A stretch of 64,000 nt of DNA from Polyangiaceae bacterium (lineage in GTDB: Bacteria > Myxococcota_A > Polyangia > Polyangiales > Polyangiaceae), in the NCBI GenBank assembly GCA_044222475.1, contig JBGANF010000017.1, forward strand, positions 22,727 to 86,726, read 5' to 3'. This document shows, in pieces, positions 37,321 through 46,256 of the stretch. A model generated the notes under the pieces. That model was not told the DNA's origin and did not search any database. It saw nothing but the letters and a program-made list of their open reading frames with translations. Each line of letters starts with the position of its first letter. The stretch's first letter is position 1. Both the position numbers and the translations under genes were made by a program.

Positions 37321-37750
37321 TCGCGGCGATCTGGACCTCGTCTTGGACGACGATGCGCCCCGGCGTTCGCGTGACGGCCATCTCGACGAAGAACCCCTGA
37401 CTCGCGAGCAACCGCGCGAGCGCCCAGAGTCGGCGAACGAACCGCTGCGCGTCGCTGCGGAGGAAGAACAGCGCGCGCGAATCGCGCGGGTCCGGCGCTG
37501 GCAGGTCGCGCGAGAACCCGGCGAGCATCTCGCGGAGCTCGTCGCGCGCCCACGGCTCGAGCGCGTCGCCATCGAGCGCGCGGCCCGCGAGCGCGAAGAT
37601 GCCCGGGATGGGCACCGGTCCTCCGCCGGCCGACCCGAAGCGAAGAAACCGCGGCGAACGCTCCGGAGGCCCGACGCGAGGCAGCGCCGCCGCGGCGTCC
37701 CAATCGACGATGCGCGGACGCGTGCGCGACCGACGGCGAAAATAGCCCAT
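37277..37750 (-). CDS. Hypothetical protein
   Basis: 157-aa ORF with normal codon usage (GIFALA..PGRIVVQDEVQIAA); 44-bp convergent overlap with the transposase. Confidence 0.6.
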   Translation of the reverse strand: MGYFRRRSRTRPRIVDWDAAAALPRVGPPERSPRFLRFGSAGGGPVPIPGIFALAGRALDGDALEPWARDELREMLAGFSRDLPAPDPRDSRALFFLRSDAQRFVRRLWALARLLASQGFFVEMAVTRTPGRIVVQDEVQIAAITARRAGNRSRGAK

Positions 37751-38973
37751 GCGAGAATCGACGGATCAGTCCGCGCTGGCTGACCTCGCATTGCTCGCCT
37801 CGCGCGCTAGTCTCTCGGGGTGCGCATCCGACTCGTCGCCGCCGCGGTCGCGCTCGTTGCCGGAACGACGACGAGCTTCTTCGGAGGGCGCTACGACCCG
37901 CCACACGACGAAGACGCGCTCGTCGCCGAGCTCGCGAAGGTCGAACCGTCGCATGCAATCCCCGACGACGTGCATCTGCCCGAGGTGCAGCGAGCGCGCG
38001 TGATTCCGCGGGGACGAGTCGTCGGCGAAGCACACCCGACGCTGCAACGCGACACGCTCGACGTAGCGCTCAGTCCCACGAAGCTGAGCGTCAACGGCCG
38101 CGAGGTCCTCCGTGTCCCGAGCGATCTCAGTCGCGGCATCGCTCCGCTGCACTCGTCGGGATACCGGATCGTGCCGCTCGACGAGGCCGTCGCTTGGGAG
38201 TCGCGCATCCTCCAGGCAGCGGGTGGCAAGGCGAGCTACGCGAACCTCTTCATCGACGAGTCCACCCCGTACGAGGCCGTCCTGCAGCTCGTTCGTGCGA
38301 TCGATCTGAGCCCTCGCTTCGTCGTTCGTACTCGATCGACCGGGATGGGCTACGTCAGCTTCGTTCTCGGGAACGCATATCGCAACGAGTTCGCACCGCC
38401 TGTCACGCTTCGCGGCGCGGAAGTTGAAATCGCGGGCACACACTTTCCCCCAATCGAGGGTCGCGTCGACCAGGTGAGTGTCAGTCAGTTCTTCGCGACC
38501 GCTCCCGGCGAGAACTTCCGCGACATGCTTGCCGCGTTCGTCTACGGAGCGCCCAGCTTCGTCGATCTCGTCAGCCTACTCGCGACTCTCGACGAGATCA
38601 GCAACGGCCGCGAACCGCAGTGGACCGTCTGTCGCGAGCACCCGGACTGCTTCCGGGGCGTGCTCTTTGGCAATCGCACGGGGCTCGCCCCCGGCGAGGT
38701 GGGCCCCATCGACGAAGCCAGAATGAAGCTCGCCTGGTGACGAATCGCGCCGCGGCCGAGCGCGCGACCGACGACGAAAATGGCCGACGCGAGAATCGAC
38801 GGATCAGTCCGTGCTGGCTGACCTCGCATCGTCCGGTTCACGCGGTAGTCTCTCGGGGTGCGGATCCGAATCGTCGTCGCCGCGGTCGTGTTGCTCGCCG
38901 GAACGACGACGAGCTTCTTCGGAGGGCGCTACGACCCGCCACACGACGAAGAAGCGCTCGTCGCCGAGCTCGC
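37724..38973 (+). repeat. 212-bp direct repeat pair (37724-37935 and 38762-38973)
   Basis: Hand alignment at offset 1038: about 21 mismatches, no indels; covers the upstream region and first ~39 codons of both tandem genes. Confidence 0.95.
37820..38740 (+). CDS. Exported protein with ExbD/TolR-like periplasmic domain(s), copy 1
   Basis: N-terminal hydrophobic segment; VALSPTKLSVNGREV..ANLFIDESTPYEAVLQLV resembles the ExbD/TolR fold. Confidence 0.65.
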   Translation: MRIRLVAAAVALVAGTTTSFFGGRYDPPHDEDALVAELAKVEPSHAIPDDVHLPEVQRARVIPRGRVVGEAHPTLQRDTLDVALSPTKLSVNGREVLRVPSDLSRGIAPLHSSGYRIVPLDEAVAWESRILQAAGGKASYANLFIDESTPYEAVLQLVRAIDLSPRFVVRTRSTGMGYVSFVLGNAYRNEFAPPVTLRGAEVEIAGTHFPPIEGRVDQVSVSQFFATAPGENFRDMLAAFVYGAPSFVDLVSLLATLDEISNGREPQWTVCREHPDCFRGVLFGNRTGLAPGEVGPIDEARMKLAW

Positions 38974-39760
38974 AAGGCGCTCTGACGTCACGCAATCGAT
39001 GCTGCGCGACGTGAGACTCCCGGTCATCAATGGCGGCAGCAGCGGTGGGTCGGGCAAGCGCGCTCGGAACGCTGGGGGGCCCCCTTCGTCTCGTGGACTC
39101 GACCACGTCGATGTCGTGGTGACGGTCACGTCTCTCCGCGTCGGCGGTCGCGAAGTGGCCTCCCTTCCCATCGATCCGCTCCAGACATCGGGCTCCACCA
39201 TCCTTCCTCTTGCGCAAGCCGTCGCGTTCGAGCGCGAGGTGGTCGTCGCCGCTGGCGGCTCGCCATCCGTCGTTCACCTCTACGTCGACGAAGGGACGCC
39301 CTACGAAACGTTCCGCGCCGTCGCCGCATCGTTCGACGTTCCGGTCCGTCTCGCGGCCCGCGCACGCGAAAGCGGCACAGTCGTGTTCGTGAGCTGGAAC
39401 GTTTATGCGCCGGCTATTCAAATGAGCGAGTTCGCAATCGACGCTCGCCTTGCGAACGGCCTGCTCGTGCTCGCAAATCCGACTGGCTTCAGCCCGGGAT
39501 GCTACCGAATTCCACCGATCGACGGACATGTCGATCTCCCGACGGCCGCTTCTTGTGTGGCTCCGACCGACTGCGGCGCCTCGATCATTCGAGTATCGGG
39601 CGGCGTCGACTTCGGAGACTTCGTCAAGCTGGTCGCCATCCTCGATGCCGTCAGCGACGAGGCTGCGCCGTACTGGGACCTGTGTCGTCACTCCGATTGC
39701 ATCGCGCGAGCCGAAGCTCGCCAGCCAAGACGCATTCCCGTCACCGACCTCGTGCCGTAA
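38858..39760 (+). CDS. Exported protein with ExbD/TolR-like periplasmic domain(s), copy 2
   Basis: Near-identical N-terminus to copy 1; VTVTSLRVGGREV..HLYVDEGTPYETFRAV; FGDFVKLVAILD. Confidence 0.65.
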   Translation: MRIRIVVAAVVLLAGTTTSFFGGRYDPPHDEEALVAELARRSDVTQSMLRDVRLPVINGGSSGGSGKRARNAGGPPSSRGLDHVDVVVTVTSLRVGGREVASLPIDPLQTSGSTILPLAQAVAFEREVVVAAGGSPSVVHLYVDEGTPYETFRAVAASFDVPVRLAARARESGTVVFVSWNVYAPAIQMSEFAIDARLANGLLVLANPTGFSPGCYRIPPIDGHVDLPTAASCVAPTDCGASIIRVSGGVDFGDFVKLVAILDAVSDEAAPYWDLCRHSDCIARAEARQPRRIPVTDLVP

Positions 39761-40364
39761 GCGTCGACCGGGCCAACCCCCGCATCTGCAGCGCGATGGA
39801 CTCCTTCAGAAACGGATCCAGCGCCTCCTCGATCGAGTACGCCCCCCGCAACCACCCGAGCAGCGCGCTGAAGTACAGCGCGAACAGGTTCACCGCCGCT
39901 CGCATTGGCTCCACTGACGCATCGACCTCACCGCGGCGCTGCGCATCGACGACCAACCCGCCGATGCGTCCGAAGAACGACATCGTCATCGCATCGGCGG
40001 CCTTCGCGTTCGGCCCGTCGTGTCCTTGCGGCACCGTGCGCACGAACGCCATCGCGATCTTCGGGTGCCGCGCGTACATGCGAAACAGCGTGCCGAACAC
40101 GTGAAGGAGCTGCGCCTCGAGCGTTCCTCCCGAAAGCGTGTCGAACGCCTCGTCCACCGTCCGCGCGAGACGATCGTGCATCACCAGGAACAGCAGATCC
40201 TTCTTGTCCGACGCGTACAGGAACAGCGTCCCAGTCGCGATGCCCGCCCGCTCGGCGACGTCCTTGGTCGTCGTCGCGTCGTAGCCCTTCGTCGTGAAGA
40301 GCTCCCAGGCCGCTCGCCGCACGCGCTCGCGCTTTTCGACCTTGTTCTGCTCCCGCCGTCCCAT
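39741..40364 (-). CDS. TetR/AcrR family regulator
   Basis: RREQNK..RRAAWELFTTKGYDATTTKDVAERAGIATGTLFLY..K HTH. Confidence 0.95.
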   Translation of the reverse strand: MGRREQNKVEKRERVRRAAWELFTTKGYDATTTKDVAERAGIATGTLFLYASDKKDLLFLVMHDRLARTVDEAFDTLSGGTLEAQLLHVFGTLFRMYARHPKIAMAFVRTVPQGHDGPNAKAADAMTMSFFGRIGGLVVDAQRRGEVDASVEPMRAAVNLFALYFSALLGWLRGAYSIEEALDPFLKESIALQMRGLARSTLTARGR

Positions 40365-40391
40365 GGGCCCTTGTCTCACGGCAGAGGTGCC

Positions 40392-40422
40392 GCTACAAAC
40401 TGACTATGGTCAGTTTTGTAGC
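40392..40422. promoter_or_regulatory. Probable TetR operator palindrome
   Basis: GCTACAAACTGAC-tatg-GTCAGTTTTGTAGC, AT-rich, between divergent tetR and its neighbour, covering ATG 40406. Confidence 0.7.
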
Positions 40423-41005
40423 ACACCCTGACGCGACGATGCGCGAAGCTCGCGCCCAGTACTTCGAGGCCAATCACTTCGGCGAGGACGGCGGCTACGG
40501 CTCGAAATGGGTCGACTTCAAGCTCGGCCCGCTGCCGTTCCCCATCCCGAACTCGGCGGCTCGCGTGCGCGCCGTTCGCTACCACGATCTCCACCACGTG
40601 CTCACCGGCTACGAGACCGACTTCCGCGGCGAGCTCGAGATCTCGGCGTGGGAGATCGGTGCAGGATGCAAGGACTTCGTGGCCGCGTGGCAGCTCAACC
40701 TCGGCGGGATGGCGGGCGGCGTCTTCTTGATCCCGGTGCGCACGTTCCGCGCGTTCGTGCGCGGTCGCCACGCGCGCAGCCTCTACGGCGCGCCGCTCGA
40801 AGAGCTCCTCGACGCCAAGGTCGAAGACGTCCGCGCGCGCATGGGCGTCGAGCCGTCTCCCAAAGCCAGCGCCACCGACGTCCTGTTGTTCGTCCTCGCC
40901 AGCCTGGCCGGGCTCGTCGTCGGCCTCGCGACGCTTGCGCTGTTCCTCCCGCTCATGCCGATCGGACTCGTCGCGCTGAACCTTCGTCGCGCCGCATCGG
41001 GCTGA
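40406..41005 (+). CDS. Coq4-like/HDxxH metal-binding membrane protein
   Basis: YHDLHHVLTGYETDFRGELEISAWE; C-terminal TM. Alternative start 40439. Confidence 0.7.
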   Translation: MVSFVAHPDATMREARAQYFEANHFGEDGGYGSKWVDFKLGPLPFPIPNSAARVRAVRYHDLHHVLTGYETDFRGELEISAWEIGAGCKDFVAAWQLNLGGMAGGVFLIPVRTFRAFVRGRHARSLYGAPLEELLDAKVEDVRARMGVEPSPKASATDVLLFVLASLAGLVVGLATLALFLPLMPIGLVALNLRRAASG

Positions 41006-41018
41006 TACCATCTCGTCG

Positions 41019-41513
41019 GTGCGCGGCGAGATCACCGAGACGCTCCCCGCTTCGTGCGAGGCTGCCTTCGACCTGACCCACGATTACACGCGGCGCCTCG
41101 ACTGGGACACGCTCCTCTCTGCCGCCTACCTCGAGGACGGCGCGACCCAAGCCGCCCGCGGCGCGAAAGCGACGTGCGTGGGCGTCGGCTGGCTCTCGCG
41201 GTTCGCGCTCACCACCGTCTACGTCTCGTTCGATCGGCCGCGTGTCGCCGCGGTGAAGATGGTCCCAGGACCTACGGTCGACCGACCGCCGCTCTTCGCG
41301 ACCTGGGCGGCGTCGATCCGGCATGAAGCCGGGCCCACGGACGCCGAATCCACGATCACCTACACGTACAACTTCACCGCCCGTCCGCGTTGGCTCGCCT
41401 GGCTCGTCGAGCCCGTGATGGCCTGGTTCTTCGCCCGCGAGACGCGGCAACGCCTCGCGGCGATGCGTGAGTATTTCCGTCACTCCGCCGGCGAATCACG
41501 AAAGAACGTTTGA
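41019..41513 (+). CDS. SRPBCC/polyketide-cyclase family protein
   Basis: AFDLTHDYTRRLDWD..YVSFDRPRVAAVKM..F.TWAAS..ETRQRLAAMR. Confidence 0.75.
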   Translation: MRGEITETLPASCEAAFDLTHDYTRRLDWDTLLSAAYLEDGATQAARGAKATCVGVGWLSRFALTTVYVSFDRPRVAAVKMVPGPTVDRPPLFATWAASIRHEAGPTDAESTITYTYNFTARPRWLAWLVEPVMAWFFARETRQRLAAMREYFRHSAGESRKNV

Positions 41514-41547
41514 TGGCACCGACGTAGGCCGATACGGTCGAAGTCCG

Positions 41548-42405
41548 ATGTACGGACAACCTCCCGGACAACCGCCGCCCGGCGGCTACGGCCCGCCGCC
41601 CGGCCAACAGCCGCAGTACGGCCAGCAGCCGCAGCAGCAACAACAGCCGCAGTACCAGCAGCCGCAACAGCAGCAGTACCAGCAGCCGCAACAGCAGCAG
41701 CAATACGGCGCACCGCCGCAGCAGCAGTACCAGCAGCAGCCGCAACAACAGCAGTACCCGCAGCAACCGCCGCAGCAGGCGATGCAGCAGATGCCGCCGC
41801 CCCAACAGGCCGGCTACGGCTACGGCCCTCCCGGCGCGGATCCGTACGCCGGCGGCGGCGCAGCGACGACCGTCCTCGGTCTACCGCTCGAGCCCGGAGA
41901 GCGCGTCGTGTGGTTCAAGAAGCACGACTACACGACCGAGAAGGTGATCAACATCATCCTCGGGGTGCTGTTCCTCATCATCATCATCGGTGCGCTCTTC
42001 ATCTACCTCGGCCTCACCATCGAGAGCCGCAGCCCGGTGGCGCACGTGCTGACGAATCGCCGGCTCATCTACTTCCCGCCGAAGGGGCCGCCGCAGTCGT
42101 ACCCGCTCAGCTGGATCGTCGACATGATCCCGCAGCGCCGCCAAGCGCGCGGCGGTGGCGGTCTCATCGGCCTCGCAGTCGGCATGGCCGTCACCGCGGC
42201 GTTGAACGCCTACGCGGACAACAACCACAAGCTCGCGCCGAGCTTCTGGTCGCGCACCGAGTCGATCGATCTCGTGTTCTCGAACGGCCAACGCGCGAAC
42301 GTCCCCGGCAACACCACGTACTCGCCCCAGCTCGGGCTGCTCCTCGCGCGCGCGGTGTTCAACCGCGAGGCCGAGGTGCTTCCGCCGGTGCAGCACCTCC
42401 CCTGA
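41548..42405 (+). CDS. Membrane protein with Gln/Pro/Tyr-rich N-terminus and probable bacterial PH-like domain
   Basis: MYGQPPGQPPPGGY..poly-Q; LEPGERVVW, TM, HVLTNRRLIY. Confidence 0.75.
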   Translation: MYGQPPGQPPPGGYGPPPGQQPQYGQQPQQQQQPQYQQPQQQQYQQPQQQQQYGAPPQQQYQQQPQQQQYPQQPPQQAMQQMPPPQQAGYGYGPPGADPYAGGGAATTVLGLPLEPGERVVWFKKHDYTTEKVINIILGVLFLIIIIGALFIYLGLTIESRSPVAHVLTNRRLIYFPPKGPPQSYPLSWIVDMIPQRRQARGGGGLIGLAVGMAVTAALNAYADNNHKLAPSFWSRTESIDLVFSNGQRANVPGNTTYSPQLGLLLARAVFNREAEVLPPVQHLP

Positions 42406-42757
42406 GCGTCGAAACATGAGCCGCCACGTTGGCGGCGATGAGCCCAACCAACATCGGCAACCCGGCGCGCGCAGCCGGTCCGACGACGAGCGGGAGCGCG
42501 TCCTCCGCGCCGAAACGCTCCAGCTCCGCGGTCCCGCAGTACCAAAGCAGTATCGGCGTCGCAACGAGCGCCGCGATCTCGACCGCGGCGCAGGCCGTCA
42601 CGGTGTTCGCGGCACCAGGGAAAGCTGCACGACGCAGCGCCGGCGCGACGTTCGTCAGGAGTCCGACCGCTGAAACCAGCGCGAAGACGAGGACGGCGCT
42701 GCAGCACGCGAGTGCCGCCGCGTCGCCGGTGGAGAGGAGCTCGAGGAGGTGGGACAC
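42359..42757 (-). CDS. Small hypothetical membrane protein
   Basis: Three hydrophobic segments; 9 bp downstream of the next gene. Confidence 0.5.
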   Translation of the reverse strand: MSHLLELLSTGDAAALACCSAVLVFALVSAVGLLTNVAPALRRAAFPGAANTVTACAAVEIAALVATPILLWYCGTAELERFGAEDALPLVVGPAARAGLPMLVGLIAANVAAHVSTLRGGAAPAEAPRPRG

Positions 42758-42766
42758 ACCGCGAGC

Positions 42767-44086
42767 CTAGCGTCGGACCGAGTCCGGCGGCTGCGGGATC
42801 CAGCTCCGCAAGCGGTAGCTCATGGCGAGCGAGCCACCGAGCAGGAAGAAACCGAGCCCGATCACGGTCGCGCCCCAACCGGACGCGCTCCTCGGCACCG
42901 GAACGAGCTGGAGAGAGAACGCCGCGTGCACGACGTCGAGCGCGAACGGTACGAGAAGCGATGCACGCATGCGTGTCCGCCACACGGCCACCGCGATCGC
43001 GAGCGCGAGCGCAGCGTCGAGCGCGAGCACGTGCGCGGGCCACGGTCCTCCCGACCAACGCCACGTCCACGCTCCGAGGTACGTCGCGAAAAGAGCGCCG
43101 GACATGGCGCGGGCTCGCTCCGACGGATCCAGATCGGGAGGGACCTCGCTCGCGCGGGTGACGACCAGCTCCTCCCCGGCACGGTAGGGGGTGGTCGCCG
43201 TTTGGGCGGTCACCACGACGACGGGCGCGAACAGCGGCGCCCACACTCGCAGCGCGAGCGCGATCGCCGCGAGGATCGCCAACGCCGAGAACGCGCTGGG
43301 ATGGCCCAGCGCCGCGAACGCGAGCGAGCCAGCCACGGAGGCCCACGCCCAACGCTCGCTTCGAGCTCGTTGCACTGCGAGCAGCGGCAGCGCGAGCAGT
43401 GTCGGCGCAAGCGACAGCTCGGTGTTCACCATCCACACGATGACGTGGAGACCGACGAGGCCCGCCGACATGATCCAGGCGGCACGCGTGACCCTTCGAA
43501 GGACCGTCTCTCCCCACGCGTCGAGCGGCACGAGGCTCGTGATCGCGTCGCGACGATGCAGCGACACGAGGGTAAACACCCACGCCGCGAGCAGCGCGCT
43601 CGCAGTGCGCTCGCCGACGAGCGGAAGGACGCGCGGCGCGAGCACGAGTCCGACCGCAGCCGTCATCGCCGCCGCGACTGCGAACGGAGAGAATCGAACG
43701 CGCAGCGCCCACCCGAGCGCGAACAGCTTGAACGCGAAGATCACGAGCCACGCCAGAGCGGCCACCGCTCCCGGCGTCCCGAGGAACGCGCACGCTTCGG
43801 TGTGGAGCGTCGTGTCCCACTGGTAGACGATCGCGATGAGCGCGAGCAGCACGGCGGGTCGTCGCATCCCGATCCGCGTGAGCAGCGCCGCGCCAAAGAC
43901 GAGCGACATCGCGTAGATCTCCGCCACGAGCGGGATCCCGAGAGCACTCTTCAGGCTTCCCTCCTGGACCACGTCGCGCGACCACAGGAAGCACCCCGCG
44001 AACACGAGCCCCGCGCTGAGCAGGTAGATCGGGTTGTACTCGATGAACCACCGGTAGAAGAGACGACGCCAGTACGCAGACCGCAT
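42767..44086 (-). CDS. Hypothetical multi-pass membrane protein
   Basis: FIEYNPIYLLSAGLVFAG followed by more than 10 TM segments. Confidence 0.75.
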   Translation of the reverse strand: MRSAYWRRLFYRWFIEYNPIYLLSAGLVFAGCFLWSRDVVQEGSLKSALGIPLVAEIYAMSLVFGAALLTRIGMRRPAVLLALIAIVYQWDTTLHTEACAFLGTPGAVAALAWLVIFAFKLFALGWALRVRFSPFAVAAAMTAAVGLVLAPRVLPLVGERTASALLAAWVFTLVSLHRRDAITSLVPLDAWGETVLRRVTRAAWIMSAGLVGLHVIVWMVNTELSLAPTLLALPLLAVQRARSERWAWASVAGSLAFAALGHPSAFSALAILAAIALALRVWAPLFAPVVVVTAQTATTPYRAGEELVVTRASEVPPDLDPSERARAMSGALFATYLGAWTWRWSGGPWPAHVLALDAALALAIAVAVWRTRMRASLLVPFALDVVHAAFSLQLVPVPRSASGWGATVIGLGFFLLGGSLAMSYRLRSWIPQPPDSVRR

Positions 44087-44202
44087 GCGGCTCACCAGAG
44101 CAAATCGCGTGCCCCCCAAATCTTCCGCTCTTCCGCCCTTCCTGTTCCCTCTCTCCGGCCAAGTTGTCATCGCGGGCGAGCCGCTGATGACCAAATCGAC
44201 AA

Positions 44203-45183
44203 TCAGTCGCGGCGGAGAAGCAAGCGCAGGATCTCGAGCGGACTGAACCCGAGGATCGACACGAGATCCTTGTCCGACGGCGCGAACGCGCGGTCGCGGA
44301 TGGATCGCGCGATGGGCTCCGCCAAGTTGAACGGATCGAGGAACGGCCGGAACTTCCGCAGCTTGCCGACGGCGAAGCGCGTCGTGTCGACGCCGAGCGC
44401 GAGCCCGACCGCGACCGGGATCGGCGAGAGCACCACGTCGCGAATCGCGACCGCCTTGCTCCACGCTCCCGACCGCCCGTCGACCTGGAGCGCGCGGAAC
44501 ACCGGGACCTCGGCGAAGCACCCGAGCGAGAGCTCGCCGTAGCGCTCTTCGACCGCGTGAACGAAGTGCGAGTAGTCGCGACGGAAATCGCCGGAGACGA
44601 GGCCCATCTCGTGCCGAAGCTCGTCGGGGCCGGCGATGACGTCGAACCCCGGTCCGCGCCGGCGCGCGACGAACGACGTCCACAGCTCGCCATGCTCGAA
44701 CAACGCGAGCGCGAGAACCTTTCCGTCGGCGCAGAGCGCATCGAGCGTGCGACGCACGACTGCCTCCGACGGCACCGGCACGCCGCGCAGCCGCTGCGGC
44801 CAGCTCTCGATCTTCCCTTCGAGCATGAGCTCGCGCACGATCCCAACTAGGGACAACGCTTGGACGATCATGTCGTCGCCGCGCTTGGTGCGCGCACCGT
44901 AGCGCTCCATCACCTCTTCGAGCGCGCCGAGCTCGGCAGCGAGAGCCCAGCTCGCGACCTCGGTCTTGGCGAGATCGGCCAGCGGCGTCGGCCATGCCGC
45001 GCCCGGCTCGACCCGTCCTCGGATCGTGTGCAGCGCCTTCACGACGCGCGACCCGTCGTGGATCACCACGAGACCGCCGAGCGACGGTGCCTTCGCTGGG
45101 TCACGCTGGGGCGACCACACCTGGACGAAACGCATCCAGTCTTCGGCGGTCCACCCTTCGAAGCGGACGTCGGGGGTCAGCAT
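44203..45183 (-). CDS. Hypothetical protein
   Basis: MLTPDVRFEGWTAEDW..LWTSFVARR..GDFRRDY..LGFSPLEILR; strong GC3 bias. Confidence 0.75.
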   Translation of the reverse strand: MLTPDVRFEGWTAEDWMRFVQVWSPQRDPAKAPSLGGLVVIHDGSRVVKALHTIRGRVEPGAAWPTPLADLAKTEVASWALAAELGALEEVMERYGARTKRGDDMIVQALSLVGIVRELMLEGKIESWPQRLRGVPVPSEAVVRRTLDALCADGKVLALALFEHGELWTSFVARRRGPGFDVIAGPDELRHEMGLVSGDFRRDYSHFVHAVEERYGELSLGCFAEVPVFRALQVDGRSGAWSKAVAIRDVVLSPIPVAVGLALGVDTTRFAVGKLRKFRPFLDPFNLAEPIARSIRDRAFAPSDKDLVSILGFSPLEILRLLLRRD

Positions 45184-45557
45184 CAGTCGGCCTTCGCGTC
45201 GGTGCCGGCTTCGGCGTCGCCGCCGGCTTCCGCGCCGCCGTCGGGAGCGGCGTCTGGTCCGCCGTCGCGCAGAACCATGCCGCACGGGTTTGGGCAAGAC
45301 AGCCCTCCGGTGTTCACGTACGGGCAACCGTGCGAATCGACGCCCGCCACGGTGGGGCAGCCGTCGGCGAAGTTGAGCTTGTGGGTGGAGCACTGCGTGC
45401 TGTCGTCGTCCCAACCGCCCGACGGAAGGTTCGATGCGCTGCACATGCCCGCGCTGCCTGCGTTGGGGCAGCACGCGCCTTGCTTCGGCGCGCTCGAGCT
45501 CGTTCCGCACGCGATGACGAGGGCGATCGAGACGATCGCGAGCCGACCGAGGTTCAT
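45183..45557 (-). CDS. Small Cys-rich lipoprotein
   Basis: MNLGRLAIVSIALVIAC lipobox; Cys-rich; DGG/DAA tail. Confidence 0.7.
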   Translation of the reverse strand: MNLGRLAIVSIALVIACGTSSSAPKQGACCPNAGSAGMCSASNLPSGGWDDDSTQCSTHKLNFADGCPTVAGVDSHGCPYVNTGGLSCPNPCGMVLRDGGPDAAPDGGAEAGGDAEAGTDAKAD

Positions 45558-45606
45558 GCGAACGACGATGCCAGCGGCGGCGCGGCGACGCAAGCCGGGC
45601 GACGGT

Positions 45607-46200
45607 TCACGGCTTCTTCGCTTTGTCGTAGTCGTCGGCGGCGCGGCTCACGACGTCGAGATCGCGCGAGGCCTTCTCGGCTTCGGCGACGAGCTCGGCG
45701 GTGAACATCGTCAAACCCCAGATGCCGTTCTCGCGACGGCGAAACGTGTACCGCGACCCGCGCGCGGTGACGACCGTGACGCGGCTCGCGTCCGTCGGGT
45801 CGGTCTCGACCGACTTGCAGCCCGAGAGATCCTTCCGAAGCCTCGCGAACCAACCTTTGGCTTTCGCCCAACGGACGAAGACGTCGGACCCGTCGGGCAG
45901 GCGCCCGTCCTTCTCGTACGCGGCGACCAGGTCGTCGCGCTCTTTCCCCTTCGGGTAGCTCGCCTCGATGCGATCGAGCGCGCGCTTCCGCTGATCGCGG
46001 AGCGTGAAGCACGCCCACTGGGCGTCGGTCTCGAGGTACGGGAACACGTCGAGCAAGCGCTCCTCCGCGAGCGCCTTGGCGATGCGCGCATAGGCGCCCT
46101 CGGGCGTCTTGTCCGACGGGAACGGCTTGTAGACCAGGAAGAACACGCCGCCCGAGGCGATCACGGCGCCGGCGAGGGCGAGCCACTTTCGCCGTCCCAT
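45607..46200 (-). CDS. Hypothetical membrane-anchored protein
   Basis: MGRRKWLALAGAVIASGGVFFLVY TM anchor; start 46200-46221 uncertain. Confidence 0.7.
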   Translation of the reverse strand: MGRRKWLALAGAVIASGGVFFLVYKPFPSDKTPEGAYARIAKALAEERLLDVFPYLETDAQWACFTLRDQRKRALDRIEASYPKGKERDDLVAAYEKDGRLPDGSDVFVRWAKAKGWFARLRKDLSGCKSVETDPTDASRVTVVTARGSRYTFRRRENGIWGLTMFTAELVAEAEKASRDLDVVSRAADDYDKAKKP

Positions 46201-46256
46201 CGTGTCCATCGCCCATCGCATAGCGCACTCGGCCCGTCTTCTGCTACAGCGCGCGC

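Noticed and set aside
37724..38973. CRISPR array or integron attC cassettes
   Set aside because: Only two long copies that extend into coding sequence; no spacer pattern, no RYYYAAC/GTTRRRY boxes, no cas or integrase genes.
41590..41800. CAG-rich repeats; also GSSG repeats at 7932-7975 and GACGCTGCC repeats at 35884-35915
   Set aside because: In-frame low-complexity protein segments, not independent DNA repeat elements.
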